A DNA stretch of 13,048 nucleotides from Thermoflexales bacterium (GTDB taxonomy: Bacteria > Chloroflexota > Anaerolineae > B4-G1 > SLSP01): assembly GCA_007130345.1 (NCBI GenBank), contig SLSP01000316.1:1-13048 (forward strand). Reading direction: 5' to 3'. The stretch's first letter is position 1, and each line of letters starts with the position of its first letter. The translations under genes and the position numbers were made by a program. A model generated the notes under the pieces. That model saw nothing but the letters and a program-made list of their open reading frames with translations, had not been told where the DNA came from and ran no database searches. Of this stretch, positions 10,181 to 13,048 are shown in pieces.

Positions 10181-10250
10181 CGGGCTTCCGAAGTCTTACA
10201 GAAAGCGTGCTAAATTTTGGGGCCTCTCAAAGACCTCGGAAGTCTACCCG
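10181..10250. repeat. Degenerate split copy of the REP-like element (cgggCTTCCGAAGTCT, 34-nt spacer, AGACcTCGGAAGTCTacccg) inside the predicted 5' leader of the cassette
   Basis: It shares the CGAAGTCT / CGGAAGTCT half-arms and the CGGG..CCCG outer pairing. There is one mismatch and a long spacer compared with the two intact copies. Confidence 0.5.
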
Positions 10251-10311
10251 ATTTCTTGAGAAGATACGAGGGTCACTTATTTTGACGGGTTTTCGAAGGG
10301 GGGGACTTTGT

Positions 10312-10641
10312 ATGAACACCACAGTGACAATGATAATTGAACCGTTCGTTCGGCGTGGGTTGTTTGCCAGTCCTGAGCAGGCTGTAACGGAAATGGCTCG
10401 TGATTATGTGTTGCGGCAAATTGAGCATCATCAGGCTATCGTTCAAAAACTACAAACCCGCTATGGAATGACTTATGAACAATTTGAGGATTACCTTCGC
10501 GCGCGTTCTGAGACTTTGCAAGCCGTCCCTGATCCGGCGCTCAACCTAGCGGTGATGGCGGAAGAGGACGACGCCCTAGATTGGAAAATTGCCCGCGAGA
10601 TGCTGCGAAGCTGGCTAGGATTGCAAATTGAGCCGGTATGA
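10312..10641 (+). CDS. Small hypothetical protein (109 aa), first gene of a low-GC two-gene cassette. Possibly an antitoxin-like helical protein, but no confident family.
   Basis: ATG at 10312 with AAGGGGG about 9 nt upstream. Roughly 47% GC against about 67% in the flanks. The acidic C-terminus reads MAEEDDALDWKIAREMLRSW. Its stop overlaps the next start (ATGA at 10638-10641). The ORF from 9997 in the track is an upstream extension through the promoter region and was rejected. Confidence 0.55.
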   Translation: MNTTVTMIIEPFVRRGLFASPEQAVTEMARDYVLRQIEHHQAIVQKLQTRYGMTYEQFEDYLRARSETLQAVPDPALNLAVMAEEDDALDWKIAREMLRSWLGLQIEPV

Positions 10642-11015
10642 ACACGCTTGCCCGCTTATTGAACCAGGTGGTCAGTGCGTTACAAACCTGGCCTGGCTGT
10701 GTGAATGTGCGTGTTTTGGAAACCCAACAGTTTTCTGATGTGCAATTTGCGCTTAAAGTGCGTGCTGAGACACATTCAGGGGCGACTTTACATGTGCGCT
10801 TGTATCAAAATCGTCAACATATTGATTACGCTTACCATTTGATCCACGAGCAATGCTCACTGCGTTGGGACAACAAAGAGCATTTTCCTACACTTTCGAC
10901 ATATCCCCATCATTTTCATACCGCTTCCGGTGAAGTGCAAGCTTCGCCGTTGACGGGCGATCCAAATCACGATTTACCTCTGGTATTGCGCTTGATTTCT
11001 AAAATCATTGATTGA
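10638..11015 (+). CDS. Small hypothetical protein (125 aa), second gene of the low-GC cassette. His-rich motif YPHHFHTASGE. Toxin-like partner is only a guess.
   Basis: ATG overlaps the upstream stop by 4 nt. Low GC, with an AT-rich, codon-atypical reading frame relative to the host. A strong hairpin follows downstream. Confidence 0.55.
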   Translation: MNTLARLLNQVVSALQTWPGCVNVRVLETQQFSDVQFALKVRAETHSGATLHVRLYQNRQHIDYAYHLIHEQCSLRWDNKEHFPTLSTYPHHFHTASGEVQASPLTGDPNHDLPLVLRLISKIID

Positions 11016-11051
11016 TGGCTGTTAAACCCCGCCAAAAGCGTTGCTCTCACA

Positions 11052-11089
11052 CAAACCCGCGCCAGGCTGCGTGACCTGGCGCGGGTTTG
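11052..11089. terminator. Bidirectional hairpin between convergent genes: CAAACCCGCGCCAGG, loop ctgcgtga, CCTGGCGCGGGTTTG
   Basis: Perfect 15-bp inverted repeat. The stem bases are AAA/TTT, which gives short T-rich stretches on both strands. It lies 37 nt after the cassette stop and 26 nt after the SDR stop. Confidence 0.55.
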
Positions 11090-11114
11090 CGTTGGGTGGA
11101 GTTATTACGCTTTT

Positions 11115-11918
11115 CTACCCCACCCCAATCGCCGCTTCCCCGCCATCCACCGGGATGACGTCGCCGGAAATCCACGCGACGCGCGGATCGGCCAGGGCGA
11201 CGATGACCTGGGCCACGTCCTCCGGCGTGGTGAGGCGGCCGGCAGGATGGTGCGTCTGCACGGCGGCGAGGATGGCTTCGTGGCCGGGGATGGCGCGCAG
11301 GGCGGGGGTGTCGCACACGCCGGGCCGCAGGCAGTTGACGGCGATGCCGCGCGGCGCGAGTTCCAGCGCGAGTTGGCGCGCGTGCGCCTCGAGCGCGGCC
11401 TTCGCCGCCGAGACCGCGCCGTAGTTGGCGGTCGCCCGCTCCGCGCCCAGGCTGCTCAGGGCGTAGATGCGGCTCCCGCGCGCGAGCAGCCCGGCGTGCG
11501 TCAAATCCTGGCTCCAGTAGACGAGGCTGTGGGCCATCACGCGCAGGGTCATGTCCATTTGTTCCTCGGAGAGGGCTTTTTCTGCGGGATCATCTGCAAT
11601 GTAGGGGCGCAGGCTGCCGAAGGCCAGCGAGTGGACGAGCAAGTGGAGGGGGGTGTCGCCGAGCGCCTCCGGGAGCGCGGCGATGACACGGGCGCGGCGT
11701 CGGGCGTCGGCGGCGTTGGTGTTGAAGAAGACGGCGCGCCGGCCGGCGGCCTCCACGTCGGCGATGACGGCCTCGGCCTGCGCGATGCTGCGGCGCGGGT
11801 CGAGGTGGACGCCGCAGATGTGCATCCCGGCGGCGGCCAGCGCGCGCGCTATCGCCGCGCCGAACCCGCTCGACGCGCCGAGGATCAAGGCCCAACGGTT
11901 TTCCAGGGATGGGGACAT
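11115..11918 (-). CDS. SDR-family oxidoreductase, enoyl-ACP reductase-like (FabI/FabL-type Tyr-x6-Lys)
   Basis: Rossmann N-terminus ALILGASSGFGAAIARALAAAG. The catalytic region YGAVSAAKAALEAH resembles the FabI Y-x6-K block (YNVMGVAKAALE). AGGAGG Shine-Dalgarno 5-6 nt before the ATG (reverse complement of 11916-11918). Confidence 0.7.
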   Translation of the reverse strand: MSPSLENRWALILGASSGFGAAIARALAAAGMHICGVHLDPRRSIAQAEAVIADVEAAGRRAVFFNTNAADARRRARVIAALPEALGDTPLHLLVHSLAFGSLRPYIADDPAEKALSEEQMDMTLRVMAHSLVYWSQDLTHAGLLARGSRIYALSSLGAERATANYGAVSAAKAALEAHARQLALELAPRGIAVNCLRPGVCDTPALRAIPGHEAILAAVQTHHPAGRLTTPEDVAQVIVALADPRVAWISGDVIPVDGGEAAIGVG

Positions 11919-11946
11919 AGGAACCTCCTAAAAATTGGGGAAAAGT

Positions 11947-11983
11947 CCAGACTTCCGAAGTCTTCAAGACTTCGGAAGTCTGG
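11947..11983. repeat. REP-like nested palindrome, second intact copy: CCAGACTTCCGAAGTCT, loop tca, AGACTTCGGAAGTCTGG
   Basis: Perfect 17-bp stem with a 3-nt loop. It sits between the stop of the SPFH gene (11990) and the start of the SDR gene (11918). Its arms are identical to the copy at 8019-8057. Confidence 0.75.
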
Positions 11984-11989
11984 AACGTT

Positions 11990-13048
11990 CTACGCTTCTG
12001 ACTTGCCCGTGACCGCGCCGAGGAGTCCGTTGGCCGTCCCGAAGAGGTTGATGGGGCTGTGGCCGTCGGTGATGAGGATGCTTTGCAGGCCCAGGCCGCC
12101 GAGCAGCTTCGCTTGGAGTTCCGGCCCGGCCAGGGCGATGGCCCGGAGGGTGTCCGGCCCGATGGCGGCGATGCGCTCTTTGAACTCGGCCATCGTGATC
12201 TCGGCCATCTGCTCGGCTTTGGCGACGTCCATCTCGTTGAGGGCGCGCTGATGGGTCAGTTCGGCCTCCTGCTGCTCGCGCAGGTAGGCCAGTTCGGTCT
12301 CCTGCTTGACGCGCTGCGCTTCGGCCTCCTGCCGCGCCAGCGTGACGGCGGCCTCGCCTTTGATGCGCTCGGCTTCGGCGCGGGCGCGGGCCTCGGCGGT
12401 CGCCTCGCCCGTCGCGGTGATGGCGGCGTTCTCGGCCTCCAGCTCGATCAGCTTTTTGCGCTCGGCCTCGGCGGCGCGCTTGTCCACAATCCCCTGGCGC
12501 TCCAACTTGGCGCGGGCCTCTTGCGCGATGCGCTCCGCGTCGTGGCGGGCGGCGGCCTCCTGCGCGTCGGTCGTGATCTTGATGGCGATCTGCACCGATT
12601 TTTGCAGGCTCTTCAGCGTCTCCTCGTCAATTGGCTCCACCGATTGGATGTCAATGTTGGTGATGACTAGGTGGTTGGTCGAGAAGCGGAAGTCGTCGCC
12701 GACGTGGCCCTTATCGTCGGCGCCGAAGACGGCAGCGCGGATGATTTTGGCCGAGTTGCGGTGGAATTCCTCGAAGCGCGAGCCGGCCACCGCGCCGCGC
12801 ACGCGGGAGGCGACGGCCTTGCACGCATCGCCGACGAAGTCGGGGGCCTGGAACAGGCGGGCGGCGGCCTCCGGGTCATCCTTATCCACATCGAAGTACC
12901 AGTTGTAGGAAAGCTGCAACTGCAAGCGGGCGTGGTCGGCGGTCTCGACGGTGAAGATGTCGGTCATAAAGTCCGGGCCGAGCAGCAGCGCGAGCGATTT
13001 GATGAGGTTGGGCTGCTTGGGCTTGCCGCCGGAGAGGCTGAGGACGGT
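11990..13048 (-). CDS. SPFH/band-7 domain protein, flotillin-like (YqiK/FloT type). It is partial: the 5' end lies beyond the window.
   Basis: The reading frame stays open to the window edge upstream of the listed Met. The end of the SPFH domain (..HLVITNIDIQSVEPIDEETLKSLQKSVQIAIKITTDAQEAAARHDAERIAQEARA) is followed by an EA/R/K-rich coiled-coil region (AEAERKKLIELEAENAA.., AEAQRVKQETELAYLREQQEAEL) and a Gly-rich C-terminus, as is typical of flotillins. Confidence 0.75.
   Translation of the reverse strand, partial: TVLSLSGGKPKQPNLIKSLALLLGPDFMTDIFTVETADHARLQLQLSYNWYFDVDKDDPEAAARLFQAPDFVGDACKAVASRVRGAVAGSRFEEFHRNSAKIIRAAVFGADDKGHVGDDFRFSTNHLVITNIDIQSVEPIDEETLKSLQKSVQIAIKITTDAQEAAARHDAERIAQEARAKLERQGIVDKRAAEAERKKLIELEAENAAITATGEATAEARARAEAERIKGEAAVTLARQEAEAQRVKQETELAYLREQQEAELTHQRALNEMDVAKAEQMAEITMAEFKERIAAIGPDTLRAIALAGPELQAKLLGGLGLQSILITDGHSPINLFGTANGLLGAVTGKSEA

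Noticed and set aside
11041-12251. ORFs at 11041-11424 (+) and 11247-12251 (+)
   Set aside because: They run antisense across the SDR gene and an intergenic hairpin, and are compositional artefacts.
12059-12908. Plus-strand ORFs antisense to the flotillin-like gene
   Set aside because: They are Gly/Leu/Arg-rich mirror frames of the EA-rich coiled-coil coding region.

Overview
This is a 13 kb window of high-GC bacterial chromosome (about two-thirds G+C, with very GC-rich third codon positions in the real genes). It is mostly housekeeping and envelope genes with a few small AT-rich islands. By position it contains the following.

- (i) An AT-rich upstream region with a 15-bp inverted-repeat pair, followed by a roughly 230-nt GC-rich leader.
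- (ii) A translationally coupled pair: a TspO/MBR-like Trp-rich membrane protein and a secreted protein with a DUF11-type C-terminal repeat.
- (iii) A convergent hypothetical gene, possibly a degenerate CYTH-like domain.
- (iv) A secreted protein with two LysM domains and a C-terminal CAP/SCP (YkwD-like) domain.
- (v) A PFK-A family 6-phosphofructokinase carrying a lysine-rich low-complexity insertion of about 45 aa, followed by a clean intrinsic terminator.
- (vi) A large DUF2723 (TMEM260-like, GT-C type) membrane protein on the minus strand. Its reading frame passes through an AT-rich palindromic repeat block built from non-triplet 8-mer and 7-mer repeats.
- (vii) Transketolase.
- (viii) A low-GC (below 50%) cassette of two overlapping small ORFs that looks like an addiction module and is flanked by hairpins.
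- (ix) A FabI/FabL-like SDR reductase.
- (x) The C-terminal two-thirds of an SPFH/flotillin-like protein, which runs off the window.

Two further points stand out. Three intergenic copies of a nested-palindrome element (AGACTTC-C/G-GAAGTCT arms) sit at gene junctions, and this is the strongest candidate for something undescribed. I see no CRISPR array, no rRNA or tRNA, and no recognisable transposase.
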